Source of the DNA: Patescibacteria group bacterium UBA6220 | Lineage (GTDB): Bacteria > Patescibacteriota > Minisyncoccia > Minisyncoccales > Minisyncoccaceae | Assembly (NCBI GenBank): GCA_002421745.1 | Contig: DISC01000006.1 | Span: forward strand, 87,610 to 151,609 | Reading direction: 5' to 3' | DNA length: 64,000 nt | Shown here: positions 1 through 10,072 of the stretch, one piece after another | How positions within the stretch are numbered: position 1 is the first letter of the stretch | How the letters are laid out: every line of letters begins with the position of its first letter | Position numbers and translations under genes: made by a program | The notes under the pieces: generated by a model | Databases searched by the model: none | What the model was told of the DNA's origin: nothing | The model's input: the letters and a program-made list of their open reading frames with translations, nothing else

Positions 1-70
1 ATTTTATTTTTTTAAATTTTATATTATTAACAAAACTAATTACACAAAACTTTTTTTCTTTCTATGCGCA

Positions 71-994
71 TCATATCCAATCTCGAGACTTGAATATAAA
101 ATAAAAAATACATGCCACAAAAAATATCAACAAAACAACAATCGGAAAAGCAAGCGAATTATTTGCCAATGGCAAAGGCACATTCATCCCAAAAACACTA
201 GAAACTATGGTCGGAACCGTAAGAATTACTGTTAAAGAAGTCAATAAACGAATAGTTTTATTAAGGTCATTAGTAAAAATAGCTTGATAAGAATCTCTTA
301 GATTTTTAATACTTTTAACGCTAACCGTACAATTATCCACAGATTGCCTGATAGCAATAATCATATCTTCCAATAAATCATCATCATTACTATACAGATG
401 CACATACCCGCCCTTAGAAATAGCCTCAATTACTGTTTTCATAGGCGTTAGAGCTGAAATATATTGATTTAATATTTCCTCACCTTCAATTAAATTAGTA
501 ATATCCAAACCTTTAATTTTTTTTAATCCTTTTTTTTGATTTAAAACATTGTTTTTTACTCTTTTAATCTCTTTAGTAAAATTTTTAGAAATCAATAATA
601 GAAAATGAATTAAAAACTTACTGCGTTGCGTAGTGGGAAAAGTCATTTTTCCATCAATAATAGATCTGATTGTTTTATTTCTTCCCGGAGAAATGGTTAT
701 TAAATATTTTTTATTTATAATTACTGTTAGTGGCGTAGTATAAATATCTTCTTTGTCTTGCTCTTGAGTATCTCTAATAAACAAAATAACATTTTCATTT
801 TCTCTTTCAATGCGGGGCAACTCGTACAAATCCAGAGTATCTTCAATGTCGGGTATATCCAAATTGGTTATTTCCGCAATAAATTCAATGTCTTTAATTT
901 TGGCATTTTCAATATTAACCCAACACCCATCTCGCAAGGAATCTATTTTTTCCAGCACATCTTCTTTTATGCCTTTGTAAAAAATTTCTACCAT
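71..994 (-). CDS. corA: CorA-family Mg2+/Co2+ transporter
   Basis: 307 aa ORF. GMN signature (VFGMNVPLP) sits between two C-terminal hydrophobic helices, after a long soluble N-terminal domain. Confidence 0.8.
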   Translation of the reverse strand: MVEIFYKGIKEDVLEKIDSLRDGCWVNIENAKIKDIEFIAEITNLDIPDIEDTLDLYELPRIERENENVILFIRDTQEQDKEDIYTTPLTVIINKKYLITISPGRNKTIRSIIDGKMTFPTTQRSKFLIHFLLLISKNFTKEIKRVKNNVLNQKKGLKKIKGLDITNLIEGEEILNQYISALTPMKTVIEAISKGGYVHLYSNDDDLLEDMIIAIRQSVDNCTVSVKSIKNLRDSYQAIFTNDLNKTIRLLTSLTVILTVPTIVSSVFGMNVPLPLANNSLAFPIVVLLIFFVACIFYFIFKSRDWI

Positions 995-1043
995 TTTATT
1001 AAAAAATTTTATTTATTAAAACCATTATATCAATATTTTTACA

Positions 1044-1079
1044 AAATAAAAAGACAGACTCATTGTCTGTCTTTTTTTA
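1044..1079 (-). terminator. Rho-independent terminator (bidirectional hairpin) after the cupin gene
   Basis: 8-bp stem agacagac/gtctgtct (1052-1059 / 1065-1072) with a 5-nt loop, flanked by A-run and T-run. Confidence 0.7.
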
Positions 1080-1087
1080 TTCAAAAA

Positions 1088-1486
1088 CTATTCTGTAGTT
1101 ACACCATCAAATTCTAAATCACCTGCCTCAGCTTCTTCTTTTGTTGCTCTAATAATACCGTCTTTGTGATGAGCTGGCGAATAAATAGTATACAATTTCA
1201 AATCTTCTGTTTCTGAAGTATTAATAACATTATGTTGCGCACCCGATGGAACTATTATTGCAGCCCCATCGCTAATTTCATATTCATTGCCATCAATAAT
1301 ACATTTTCCATTACCTTTCTCAATACGAAGAAACTGATCGTTATCTTCGTGTACCTCCATGCCTATTTCTTCACTTGGTTTCAAACTCATTAATACTAGC
1401 TGACTATGCTTGGAAGTATAAAGAACTTTACGAAAATTATCATTTTCTAAAGTAAGTTTTTCTATATTTGCGTTATATCCTTTCAT
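1088..1486 (-). CDS. Cupin-domain protein
   Basis: 132 aa. Cupin-like pattern: MEVHEDNDQFLRIEKGNG ... VPSGAQHNVIN (His-containing motifs 1 and 2). Confidence 0.65.
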   Translation of the reverse strand: MKGYNANIEKLTLENDNFRKVLYTSKHSQLVLMSLKPSEEIGMEVHEDNDQFLRIEKGNGKCIIDGNEYEISDGAAIIVPSGAQHNVINTSETEDLKLYTIYSPAHHKDGIIRATKEEAEAGDLEFDGVTTE

Positions 1487-1554
1487 ATATTTAATAATTT
1501 TAATTATTATTATACAAATATTATACCATTAATACTATAAAACAAAAACAATAT

Positions 1555-2124
1555 TTATCCCAATAACTCATTTAATAAATCATCAACTCCTATTTTATTT
1601 TTTGCCGAATAAGGAATAATCTTATGAAATCCAATCAATTCTTTTATTTTTTTAAATTGCTCTTCATAATCTGATTTTTTTATTTTATCTATTTTATTAG
1701 CCACCACTACTATATTTTTTCTATAATCCTCCAAACTATATAACATATCTAAATCATCTCTCGTTGGTCCAACGCTAGCGTCGATTATTAAAACTATCCT
1801 CTTTTGTTCGTAATTAGAAACAAAAAAATACCAATTCACCATGGCTCTTAGGCTGTTTTTTAATTTATCTGGAACCTTAGCATAACCATAGCCAGGCAAA
1901 TCAACAAAATATAAAGAATTATTAATTAAAAAAATATTTATCTTTTGCGTGCGACCAGGAAAAGAACTGGTTTTAGCCAAATCATTTTGATTAACTAGAG
2001 AATTAATAACACTAGATTTTCCGGCATTGGAACGACCAATAAAAGCCACTTGCGGAATACCATCTTCAAGTGAACTGTCGCTGCCGAGCACGCCTTTTAT
2101 AAATTGAGCGGATTCTATCTTCAT
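1555..2124 (-). CDS. engB: Ribosome-biogenesis GTPase EngB/YihA
   Basis: G1 GRSNAGKSS, G3 DLPGYG, G4 NKIDK. The 189 aa size is typical. Confidence 0.85.
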   Translation of the reverse strand: MKIESAQFIKGVLGSDSSLEDGIPQVAFIGRSNAGKSSVINSLVNQNDLAKTSSFPGRTQKINIFLINNSLYFVDLPGYGYAKVPDKLKNSLRAMVNWYFFVSNYEQKRIVLIIDASVGPTRDDLDMLYSLEDYRKNIVVVANKIDKIKKSDYEEQFKKIKELIGFHKIIPYSAKNKIGVDDLLNELLG

Positions 2125-2372
2125 ATATCTTTAATATAATAATAACCAAAACTAGATACTTTAACTTATGTACCTGATGACACTTATTTCATCACAAAGA
2201 ATCAAACTATTTCTTTTTATCTTTTTTTGGTTTTTTGGTCTCTTTTCTTTGAGAATTATTTCCTTTTGCCATATTTTTATCTAATTTGAAGACTGCTTAT
2301 ATAAAAAGCATATCATTGTATTTATTTTTAAACAACTAAAAAACCGCCCACTAACCAATGGACGGCTTATTA

Positions 2373-3071
2373 TTATTTTTTAACTGACTTCTTTTTAATA
2401 GCAACTTTCTTACTTGCAGTCTTTTTAAGATTTTTTGGTTTTTCTTTTTTTGCCACTACCGCTGATTTTTTAGGTTTTTCTTTTTTTGTAGTCGCTACTA
2501 TTTTTTTAGGTTTTTCTTTTTTTTCGATTTTTATTTCCTTTCTTTCAATTACAACATCTTTCTTTTCTTCTTTTACAGAGGGATTTAAAATTTTCAAAAT
2601 TCTATCCAATTTAGCATTTAAGGCGTCAAATTGATCTTTGTATTGATCGCTTGTTTTACTGCTTTTGTTTGAAAAATCTCCATTTTTATCAAAACAGTCC
2701 TTACAATAAACAGGTCTATCTTCGGTTGGCCTAAAGGGAAGTTCAAATCTTTTTCCGCAAGTAGCACAAATTGCATCAAACATTTTCTTATCTTGAAATC
2801 TAGGTCTTTGATCTCTTCTTTCTGTTCTATCTGAAACCGATCCGCCACCGCGAGACGTAAAACACTCACTACAATAAACAGGCTTGTCGCTAGTCGGCAA
2901 AAAAGGAACCTGGCATTTTCTACCACAATCACTGCAAATAGCGTCGTGCATTTGCGGCCTTCCCCTATCTCTGTCTCCAAAACGCTTTTTGCCTGAATCC
3001 CTTCTTTTAAAATCACTTTCTCTAGAAGAGTTTCTTTTTTCCTTATTAAAGATATTATCGAAATTTTTCAT
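2373..3071 (-). CDS. CxxC-x17-CxxC domain protein with lysine-rich tail
   Basis: Two copies of the C-x2-C-x17-C-x2-C pattern (CSDCGRKCQVPFLPTSDKPVYCSEC and CATCGKRFELPFRPTEDRPVYCKDC). K-rich C-terminus. An imperfect hairpin plus T-run follows at ~2334-2366. Confidence 0.75.
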   Translation of the reverse strand: MKNFDNIFNKEKRNSSRESDFKRRDSGKKRFGDRDRGRPQMHDAICSDCGRKCQVPFLPTSDKPVYCSECFTSRGGGSVSDRTERRDQRPRFQDKKMFDAICATCGKRFELPFRPTEDRPVYCKDCFDKNGDFSNKSSKTSDQYKDQFDALNAKLDRILKILNPSVKEEKKDVVIERKEIKIEKKEKPKKIVATTKKEKPKKSAVVAKKEKPKNLKKTASKKVAIKKKSVKK

Positions 3072-3174
3072 ATTTTTTGTATATATTAATCTGTGGGAGT
3101 CATTATAGGCTATATATGATTATAAAGCAATTAAAATATCAAAAAATTGAACTTTTACGTTTTAATTTCAAAAT

Positions 3175-3576
3175 CTACTTTTTAATTATTTTCTTTCCTT
3201 TTTGGATTACTTTTGCAGCACTTTTTTCAACATCACGCTTCATAACCTTAGCCGAACCGCTAATTACTTTCCAATGTTTTTTTAAATCTCGTGCTAATAA
3301 TTTTATTTCTTCGCGACCAGCCTTTTTTCCTTTTTCATATTCCATAGCTACAGAATCAATAATTTCAGAATAAACAGGCTCTGTGATTTCTTTGGCCATT
3401 TCCAATTTTTCTACCACATCCCCCTTCATTTTAATAACCCAAGCCTTAGCATGTTTTTGATTTTTCTTTCCTTTTGGCCCAAAGAAAAAATAGGCTGTTG
3501 CAGCCAACCCTGCCAAGCTTGCCCCAAGAACAGCTAATCCTATTGCACTAGATTTATTTTTTGTTGTTGTTTTCAT
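3175..3576 (-). CDS. Small membrane-anchored protein, unknown function
   Basis: 133 aa ORF with an N-terminal hydrophobic helix (AIGLAVLGASLAGLAATAYFFF) followed by a charged helical region. Confidence 0.5.
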   Translation of the reverse strand: MKTTTKNKSSAIGLAVLGASLAGLAATAYFFFGPKGKKNQKHAKAWVIKMKGDVVEKLEMAKEITEPVYSEIIDSVAMEYEKGKKAGREEIKLLARDLKKHWKVISGSAKVMKRDVEKSAAKVIQKGKKIIKK

Positions 3577-3682
3577 TTTTATTAAAATTATTATTTATTA
3601 TTTGATACTATAATTATAGCATTAATTAAAAATAATTACTTGATTTTTAAATAAAAACCAACAAGAAAACAAAATACATATT

Positions 3683-4150
3683 TTAAATAGAGTAAATATA
3701 TAAAAACCTTTCCCACTCCTTAATGCACTTTTCGGTTAAATCAATCACATCAATTAATGTTCCAAACTCTTCGACATCAAGACCAAACCTGTTTTCTTTT
3801 TTGGTAGGATCATAATAATTAACAATAGGCGTCACAATACCAAAAGTTTTATGTTCAATAAAATGATTTTGCGACTCATATTGATTTATTTCTTTATGTT
3901 TTTGTTTATTAGCCATATCTTTGCAAAGAGACAACCAAATACTTTTTGAAATAAAAATATTAATATCTCTCGCTCCGTAACGGCTTTGAATCAACCAATC
4001 GCGCAAATGATAACACTGAATAAAAAAAGAGGTAAAAGCATCTACTGCATTTTTAAAATTATCATCTGTGGCAATAGAAAAACGCTCAAGATCTTCTCTG
4101 AGCCTCTTTATTCTGTCTAATTGTTCTTGATATGGTAATAAATTTTTCAT
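3683..4150 (-). CDS. Hypothetical protein
   Basis: 155 aa ORF in the same orientation as its neighbours. No motif recognised. Confidence 0.45.
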   Translation of the reverse strand: MKNLLPYQEQLDRIKRLREDLERFSIATDDNFKNAVDAFTSFFIQCYHLRDWLIQSRYGARDINIFISKSIWLSLCKDMANKQKHKEINQYESQNHFIEHKTFGIVTPIVNYYDPTKKENRFGLDVEEFGTLIDVIDLTEKCIKEWERFLYIYSI

Positions 4151-4256
4151 AACTTCACAGCCAAATTAACATAAGTCACAAAAAATAACAACAAAAAAAC
4201 ATCTTAATTTAATTAAAAACCGAGATGTTCTTTATTTTTCAACTACAGCTATTTGA

Positions 4257-5591
4257 TTAATTTCTAATACATCTCACGGAATAACCTCTTGCTCGAACAT
4301 CAACACCGGGATTATATCCAATCAAACCAAAAGAAATACTATAAGAACCGGGATTGCTAGTCGAGCTGCTCCAATAACAAGAACTGGTTCCCACAAGAGC
4401 AAGAATAGCGTTGTTATGTTGTCGATAACCACCAGCTGGCATCTTTAAAGAAGAGGCGTAAACAGCATCACGTCCATCCCAATCTCCGGCAGAAATTTCA
4501 GCATTCCACTCTGATATTGTAGGCAAGCGCCATCCAGAAGGACAAGGGGTATTAGTGCCACCATCTCCTTGCCATAAATTGCTGTTCTGAGGAGATCTCC
4601 AATCATAAAAACCGGCACCATTTATAATAAAATTACTATGTCCAGGATCATCGGTACTAGACAAGGTACTAGTTGTTCCACTTGTACGAAGTTGATGATC
4701 ATCGTCCAATCTTCCCCACTGAAACAAGTCACCATAAGCAGCTGTATCATCATAAGCAATAGCAACTTGACTAGCTCCAAGATTACGATCCATCCAACAC
4801 TTACCTGCTGGCGATATTACTGTCCCATAAGTTACACTGCCACTCCTATAAGTAAAATTAACTGTTTCGCCACAAGTAGTATAAACAGCTGTCGCAATAC
4901 TACTATTGGCATAGCCAGACTTAACCGCTAAAGCTTTAACTGTTCCAGCAGAATTTATAACCAATGGCGTCACAGCTTGATTAATTGATGATGTTGTTGG
5001 ATCACTTCCATCAAGAGTATAGTAAATAGCATCCGCCCCGGCCGAAGTAATTGTTACGGTTGTGCTAAGCATAATAATCCCGGCAGATGGACCAAAGGTT
5101 GGAGTTGCTTGAGTACCATAAAGAGTTGCCCAAGTATTTGTAATACTGTCGTATTGATAAACGCTATTATCGCTCAGAACCGCTTCTAAAGTAAAACTCT
5201 CGCCATCTATGTTTGAATATGTGTAAACATAATAATTTCCGTCAGGGTCAACTGGTGGATTTGGTAAATAGATCTGAATATCTTCTTCTAGGGTTGTGCA
5301 AGGATTATCCCCGCCACCGATAGTACAAGCATAGGTTGTATTTGGCGGGACATCCGAACTTCCAGGAAGACCATTGTTTCTAATAGAGTACATTAGAATT
5401 ACTTTTTCTATAGTCGCAGTATCTACCTTTCTTTTTGCATCTTTGGACATATCGATTGTGTCATTCATAGAAACGAAAATAAAGCCAGAGAGTATTCCGA
5501 CAATTGCAACAACAACTAGAAGCTCGATCAGAGTAAAAGCCCGATTAAATGGCATAAATTTCATCGGGTAAACTTTTTTAATATTTTTCAT
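4257..5591 (-). CDS. Type IV pilin-like N-terminus fused to a FISUMP-type C-terminal domain
   Basis: Prepilin methylation motif FTLIELLVVVAIVGILS (alternative start at 5564, MKFMPFNRAF). Mid region AIYYTLDGSDPTTSS is chitobiase/Fn3-associated-like. C-terminal CWMDRNLGA ... GYSVRCI matches the Fibrobacter succinogenes major paralogous domain. Confidence 0.7.
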   Translation of the reverse strand: MKNIKKVYPMKFMPFNRAFTLIELLVVVAIVGILSGFIFVSMNDTIDMSKDAKRKVDTATIEKVILMYSIRNNGLPGSSDVPPNTTYACTIGGGDNPCTTLEEDIQIYLPNPPVDPDGNYYVYTYSNIDGESFTLEAVLSDNSVYQYDSITNTWATLYGTQATPTFGPSAGIIMLSTTVTITSAGADAIYYTLDGSDPTTSSINQAVTPLVINSAGTVKALAVKSGYANSSIATAVYTTCGETVNFTYRSGSVTYGTVISPAGKCWMDRNLGASQVAIAYDDTAAYGDLFQWGRLDDDHQLRTSGTTSTLSSTDDPGHSNFIINGAGFYDWRSPQNSNLWQGDGGTNTPCPSGWRLPTISEWNAEISAGDWDGRDAVYASSLKMPAGGYRQHNNAILALVGTSSCYWSSSTSNPGSYSISFGLIGYNPGVDVRARGYSVRCIRN

Positions 5592-5696
5592 TGTTCTAAT
5601 GTTCCTTAATGTTCTTTTTATTTATTAAAATTATTATACCAAAAAACCAATTCAAAAACAAAGCTTCATCAATTTAAATTTAAAAAAAGAAAAAAA

Positions 5697-5727
5697 GAAT
5701 GTTAAGGTATTCGATACCTTAACATTC
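5697..5727. repeat. Perfect palindrome (14-bp arms, 3-nt loop); likely terminator of the ATPase operon
   Basis: gaatgttaaggtat-tcg-ataccttaacattc. On the minus strand it is followed by tttttttcttttttt. Confidence 0.65.
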
Positions 5728-5782
5728 CTATTTAAAAAAATAATCTGTTAAAAAAGCGTCAAATAAGAATGTTTAGGGGGCA

Positions 5783-5811
5783 AATGTTTAGGTGTCCGAC
5801 ACCTAAACATT
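5783..5811. repeat. Second, related palindrome (13-bp arms, 3-nt loop)
   Basis: aatgtttaggtgt-ccg-acacctaaacatt shares the GAATGTT...AACATTC ends with 5697-5727. An extra half-site gaatgtttagg lies at 5767-5777. Confidence 0.6.
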
Positions 5812-5834
5812 CTGAAAATGCGCCTTTCTTTAGT

Positions 5835-8537
5835 TTATATATTTTTTTGTTGAATTTTACTATAAAGTTTATTTATTTTTCTTCGATAAAAAAATTTACG
5901 AATTTCTTCTACTAAAACAATTGAAAAAGCAATTGGAATAATCATCAACCATTCTGAAAGAGAAAGTGAAGTAACGTGTAAAATCTTTTGTAAAAAAGGA
6001 GTATAAAGTGCAATAAACTGTAAAAATATAACAATCACAGTAGCTCCAACTAAAAACTTATTAGAGAAAGGATTCATTTTAAATATTGATTCGCTTTCTG
6101 ACCTACAATTCCAAGCATTGAACCATTGAAACGCCGCAAGCGTAGTAAGTGATATTGTCCACGCTTTAACAATATCAACTTCAAAATACCCCCTAAAAAG
6201 ATACAAGGTTCCAATAGCCATTGGTAAAGCCATAAACAAAATCCTTTGACTCATAAATCCATCAATAATCCATTTTTTAGGACGCTCAAATTTTCCCTGC
6301 ATTAATCCTTTTTCTTGCGGCTCCATAGCAAGAGCGACATCAAGAAATCCGTCTGTCACAAAATTAAGCCAAATAATTTGTGCCGCAAGAAGAGGCAAGG
6401 GATATCCTAAAACAAGTGCACCAATAATAACTAAAATCTCTCCTATGTTTGTGGAAAAAAGATAAAGAATAATTTTTTTAATTGTTTTATAAATCCCCCT
6501 ACCTTCTTCAGCAGCAGAAACTATACTTGCAAAATTATCATCCAAAAGTATTATATCAGCAGCTTCTTTCGCCACCTCTGTTCCAATTAGTCCCATAGCT
6601 ACGCCCAAATCAGCCCCAACCAATGATGGCGCATCATTTACTCCGTCTCCCGTCATAGCGACAATCTCCCCGCGTTTACGATAAGCTTGGATAATACGCA
6701 ATTTATGATTGGGTGTAACTCTGGCAAAAACCGTAACGTGAGTAAGTTTTTTTTCTAATTCCCTATCTGACATAGAATCAATCTCTCCTCCAGTAAGAAC
6801 ATCGTCTCCTTTGTGCCAAATATCAGCTTCCCTTGCAATTGCCTGAGCCGTCAAACTATGATCTCCAGTAATCATAACCACTTTCATATCTGCCGCCACT
6901 ACCCTTTGTATTGCCTCCTTAACTTCCGGACGAAGAGCATCATTCATACCAAAAAAACCAACAAAAGTAAGCAAAGGCATTTTATTAGAATCAATGGTTT
7001 TTTCAGTATTCGGATTAATAGCATAAGCCACAACTCTAAAACCATTTTGCGCAAAATCATGAAAGGCTGCCTCCAGCTTCTTTTTACTTTCCTTATTCAA
7101 AGCACTGATTTTGTCCTTGAACCAAACATTACTACAAAGTTCAAGTATTTTTTCTGGAGCGCCAATAACAGTAAGAAAATTTTTACCCTCAACAACTCTA
7201 ATCGTAGCATGATATTTTTTTTGATAATCAAAAGGTAATTCAAAAATTTTTGGTGACTCTTGTTTTGTCACGTCATGCCTAAATCCAATTTTTTCTGAAA
7301 AAACCTGTATCGCTGCTTCAGTAGGATCTCCTGCAATTTTCCAAGCATTAGATTCTTCTAAGAAAAAAAGTCTAGCGTCAGCACAAAATTCACCAACTCT
7401 TCCACTAAAAAGAAGTTCCGGATAATTTAAAGGATCGACAACCTTATCATTAAAAATAATTTCACCTTTTGGCTCGTATCCATTGCCTGTAATATCAAAA
7501 GTTTTACCACCAACATATACGCGCTGAATTAACATTTCATTTTTTGTAAGTGTTCCTGTTTTATCTACTGCTATAATTTTTGTTTGCCCTAAAGCCTCAA
7601 TTGATTGCAATCTCTTTACTAAAACGTTACGCTTTGCCATTCTTTGAACCCCAGTAGCTAAAACCAAAGTCATAACTATGGGAAGCCCTTCAGGAATAAT
7701 AGAAACTGAAACAGCCACAGCTAAAGTAAACATTTCTTCAAGAGATTTGCCGGAAACAACACCTAAAAGAATCAACAAAATACTGATAATAATTACCGCC
7801 ACAACAATAAGACGCGAAAAATAACGAATCGTAGTTTTTAAAGGAATTTCAGTATTAATAGAAGTTATTTTTTGAGCAATTTTTCCAATTTCTGTTGTGA
7901 TTCCTGTAGCAACAACAATTGCGACACCATTTCCACTTAGAATATGCGTACCCTTGAATATCATATTCCTTTGATTCGACGCAGATAAATTATCTACCAC
8001 TTTATCGATTTTAATTACAGGATCAGACTCACCCGTAAGACTGGCCTCATCCACTTTAAGCGTGTTAGAAAAAATAATCCTTGCATCAGCTGGAACTTTC
8101 TCTCCCTCTTGCAAAACAATAATATCACCAGGAACTATTTCAACATCTGAAATTACTAATTCTTTTCCGTCTCGCAAAACAGTAGCCGAAGTCTCCGCAA
8201 GTCTTTTTAATGCAAGTAACGCATTTTGAGCTTTGCCTTCTTGAGCTGTTCCAACAACTGCATTAAAAAGAAGTATAGTAAAAATAATCGAAGCATCAAC
8301 AAGCTCTCCCATCGCAAAAACAATGCCCACCGCAATAAAAAGCACATAAATTAAAGGACTCTTAAACTGTCGTAAAAAAATAACAAAAAGACTATCCGTC
8401 TTGCTTTCAGGAAGTTTGTTGGGTCCATATTCTTTAAAACGATTTTTCACTTCTTCTTTTGTTAGGCCATCTGTCCGAGAATGAAGAACATCGATAACAT
8501 CGCTAGTCTTTTTTGTATGCCATAAAATCTGCTGCAT
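5835..8537 (-). CDS. Cation-transporting P-type ATPase (type II, Ca2+/cation-like)
   Basis: 900 aa. Phosphorylation motif DKTGTLT, ITGDH, hinge TGDGVNDAP, N-terminal cation-ATPase-N-like LTKEEVKNRFKEYGPNKL, about 10 TM helices. Confidence 0.9.
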   Translation of the reverse strand: MQQILWHTKKTSDVIDVLHSRTDGLTKEEVKNRFKEYGPNKLPESKTDSLFVIFLRQFKSPLIYVLFIAVGIVFAMGELVDASIIFTILLFNAVVGTAQEGKAQNALLALKRLAETSATVLRDGKELVISDVEIVPGDIIVLQEGEKVPADARIIFSNTLKVDEASLTGESDPVIKIDKVVDNLSASNQRNMIFKGTHILSGNGVAIVVATGITTEIGKIAQKITSINTEIPLKTTIRYFSRLIVVAVIIISILLILLGVVSGKSLEEMFTLAVAVSVSIIPEGLPIVMTLVLATGVQRMAKRNVLVKRLQSIEALGQTKIIAVDKTGTLTKNEMLIQRVYVGGKTFDITGNGYEPKGEIIFNDKVVDPLNYPELLFSGRVGEFCADARLFFLEESNAWKIAGDPTEAAIQVFSEKIGFRHDVTKQESPKIFELPFDYQKKYHATIRVVEGKNFLTVIGAPEKILELCSNVWFKDKISALNKESKKKLEAAFHDFAQNGFRVVAYAINPNTEKTIDSNKMPLLTFVGFFGMNDALRPEVKEAIQRVVAADMKVVMITGDHSLTAQAIAREADIWHKGDDVLTGGEIDSMSDRELEKKLTHVTVFARVTPNHKLRIIQAYRKRGEIVAMTGDGVNDAPSLVGADLGVAMGLIGTEVAKEAADIILLDDNFASIVSAAEEGRGIYKTIKKIILYLFSTNIGEILVIIGALVLGYPLPLLAAQIIWLNFVTDGFLDVALAMEPQEKGLMQGKFERPKKWIIDGFMSQRILFMALPMAIGTLYLFRGYFEVDIVKAWTISLTTLAAFQWFNAWNCRSESESIFKMNPFSNKFLVGATVIVIFLQFIALYTPFLQKILHVTSLSLSEWLMIIPIAFSIVLVEEIRKFFYRRKINKLYSKIQQKNI

Positions 8538-8804
8538 TTAATTTTTAAATAAATTTTTAATCCAATGCCAGTGTAAAATCAGATGCACCACAATAACTCC
8601 GATAAAAATTAAAGAGCAAACTGTGTGAATGTCTGCCCAATTATAACGAGTCAATCCTAAAAATAAATTAACATCTAGCTCTCCTCTTCCCCCTTGAAAA
8701 CCTTGACCTTGAGGTAAAATTTTCCAAAGAATAACTCCGGAAAAAAAAGAAGTTAACATAAATAAAAAACCAAAAATATTAACAATTGTATTTATTTTTT
8801 TCAT
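8538..8804 (-). CDS. Small 2-3 TM membrane protein (DUF4405-like, tentative)
   Basis: 88 aa. Its stop codon abuts the ATPase start (8537/8538). His-rich last helix (HLILHWHW). Confidence 0.45.
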   Translation of the reverse strand: MKKINTIVNIFGFLFMLTSFFSGVILWKILPQGQGFQGGRGELDVNLFLGLTRYNWADIHTVCSLIFIGVIVVHLILHWHWIKNLFKN

Positions 8805-8870
8805 ATATTTTTATTATATCATAAACCAAAAGCCACCTAAAGGTGGTTTCTTTTTTTTATTAAAATTTTA

Positions 8871-9788
8871 CTAATAACAAGCCGGACAAAATGTTTCTTC
8901 CTCGATTAATTGTTCTAATCCTGGAATAGGCTCAAAATCTTCTATCTCCTTGGCTGGAGTAGGAGCAACATACTTAACTTCTTTATTTATGGGAATATCT
9001 TTATTAGATGCAGATATTTGTTTTGCTTTTAATATCCATGCATCAAAAGATGTCCAAACAATATTCTTAGAGCTTAAAGCATTTTGATAAACATTCCACC
9101 ACTCTGTTCTAGTTCCACCAAGATAAGCGTGCGACACAAGAATTAAATTTTCTGAACCTTTTAAAAGACTTCCCTCAACAACTTTTTTGAAATCATTGGC
9201 ATCTGCACCCCTAGCCCAAAGACTATAATCACACAACGACCCAGATCCCATCTCCTCAAATTCTATATTTGAAACCGAAATTATTTTAACATTATATTCT
9301 TTGGGAGCATAAACAATGGCTTTTACTCCTTGAGTACCTCTAGCTAATACATATTCTATTCCTAAAGCATCGGCTGCCTTTAATGTATTTTCATCATAAG
9401 CAAAATATCTACTTCCAAAAACTTTCATTTTTTTACCAGTAATATTATATATCAACTCTTGAGCTTCTTTCATGTATTGATACTGATTTTCGTAAGGCAT
9501 ATCCCAAAAAGGTTCACTATCATATCCTCCAGCTATTTCATATCCTTTATTTGCTAATCTTTTAAAAACATCGGGATATTCATTAAGAACATTATCTTGA
9601 ACTTTTACTAAGGCACCGATATTCCTTTTGTCTAACTCTTTTTCCCAATTTAACACTCCTTCAATTTTTTCAAACTCAATTAACATAATTAACCCATTAG
9701 TAGCTTTTTTTTGATACAAATAAAAACTACCTAAAAAAATACTTATTACTATTATTAAAATTAATAATATTAGGTATTGTTTTTTCAT
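8871..9788 (-). CDS. Membrane-anchored exported protein, unknown function
   Basis: 305 aa with an N-terminal signal/anchor (YLILLILIIVISIFLGSF). No catalytic motif recognised. Confidence 0.5.
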   Translation of the reverse strand: MKKQYLILLILIIVISIFLGSFYLYQKKATNGLIMLIEFEKIEGVLNWEKELDKRNIGALVKVQDNVLNEYPDVFKRLANKGYEIAGGYDSEPFWDMPYENQYQYMKEAQELIYNITGKKMKVFGSRYFAYDENTLKAADALGIEYVLARGTQGVKAIVYAPKEYNVKIISVSNIEFEEMGSGSLCDYSLWARGADANDFKKVVEGSLLKGSENLILVSHAYLGGTRTEWWNVYQNALSSKNIVWTSFDAWILKAKQISASNKDIPINKEVKYVAPTPAKEIEDFEPIPGLEQLIEEETFCPACY

Positions 9789-9791
9789 ATT

Positions 9792-10070
9792 TTATTTATT
9801 AATAATTTTTATAGCTTTACCTTCGACAAGGGCTTCCGCAATTTTTTTCCTTGCTGAAGTTAAAATTCTCTGAAGAGTACTTTGTGAAATATTCATTTTA
9901 ATCGCTGCCTCTTTCTGATCCAATCCTTCATAATCACAGAATCTTAAAACCTCCAACTCATCCATCTCCAAACCAACTTCTTCCAATAGAGACAATGGAA
10001 TTGCCCTAGGTTTAAAATATGTCACACTTGGATTAAAACATATTTTTCTTGGTTTTATTGGTCTCACCAT
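9792..10070 (-). CDS. DUF134/UPF0251 predicted DNA-binding protein
   Basis: N-terminus MVRPIKPRKICFNPSVTYFKPRAIPL plus an HTH-like MNISQSTLQRILTSARKKIAEAL. This matches my recollection of the family. Confidence 0.7.
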   Translation of the reverse strand: MVRPIKPRKICFNPSVTYFKPRAIPLSLLEEVGLEMDELEVLRFCDYEGLDQKEAAIKMNISQSTLQRILTSARKKIAEALVEGKAIKIINK

Positions 10071-10072
10071 AA

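Noticed and set aside
758-1117. Plus-strand ORFs lying inside or antisense to long minus-strand genes: 758-1117, 2884-3108, 3077-3373, 6813-7238, 11081-11556, 42812-43330, 48918-49355, 62890-63453 and 63487-63930. Also the minus-strand ORF 2618-3016, which lies in another frame of the same strand inside 2373-3071.
   Set aside because: They overlap genes with strong family motifs on the minus strand. They have low-complexity or odd composition (F/L/I/S-rich) and no motifs. These are typical shadow ORFs in AT-rich DNA.
2207-2272. 21-aa lysine-rich minus-strand ORF (MAKGNNSQRKETKKPKKDKKK) in the engB / CxxC-gene spacer.
   Set aside because: It is too short and low-complexity to support without conservation or expression data.
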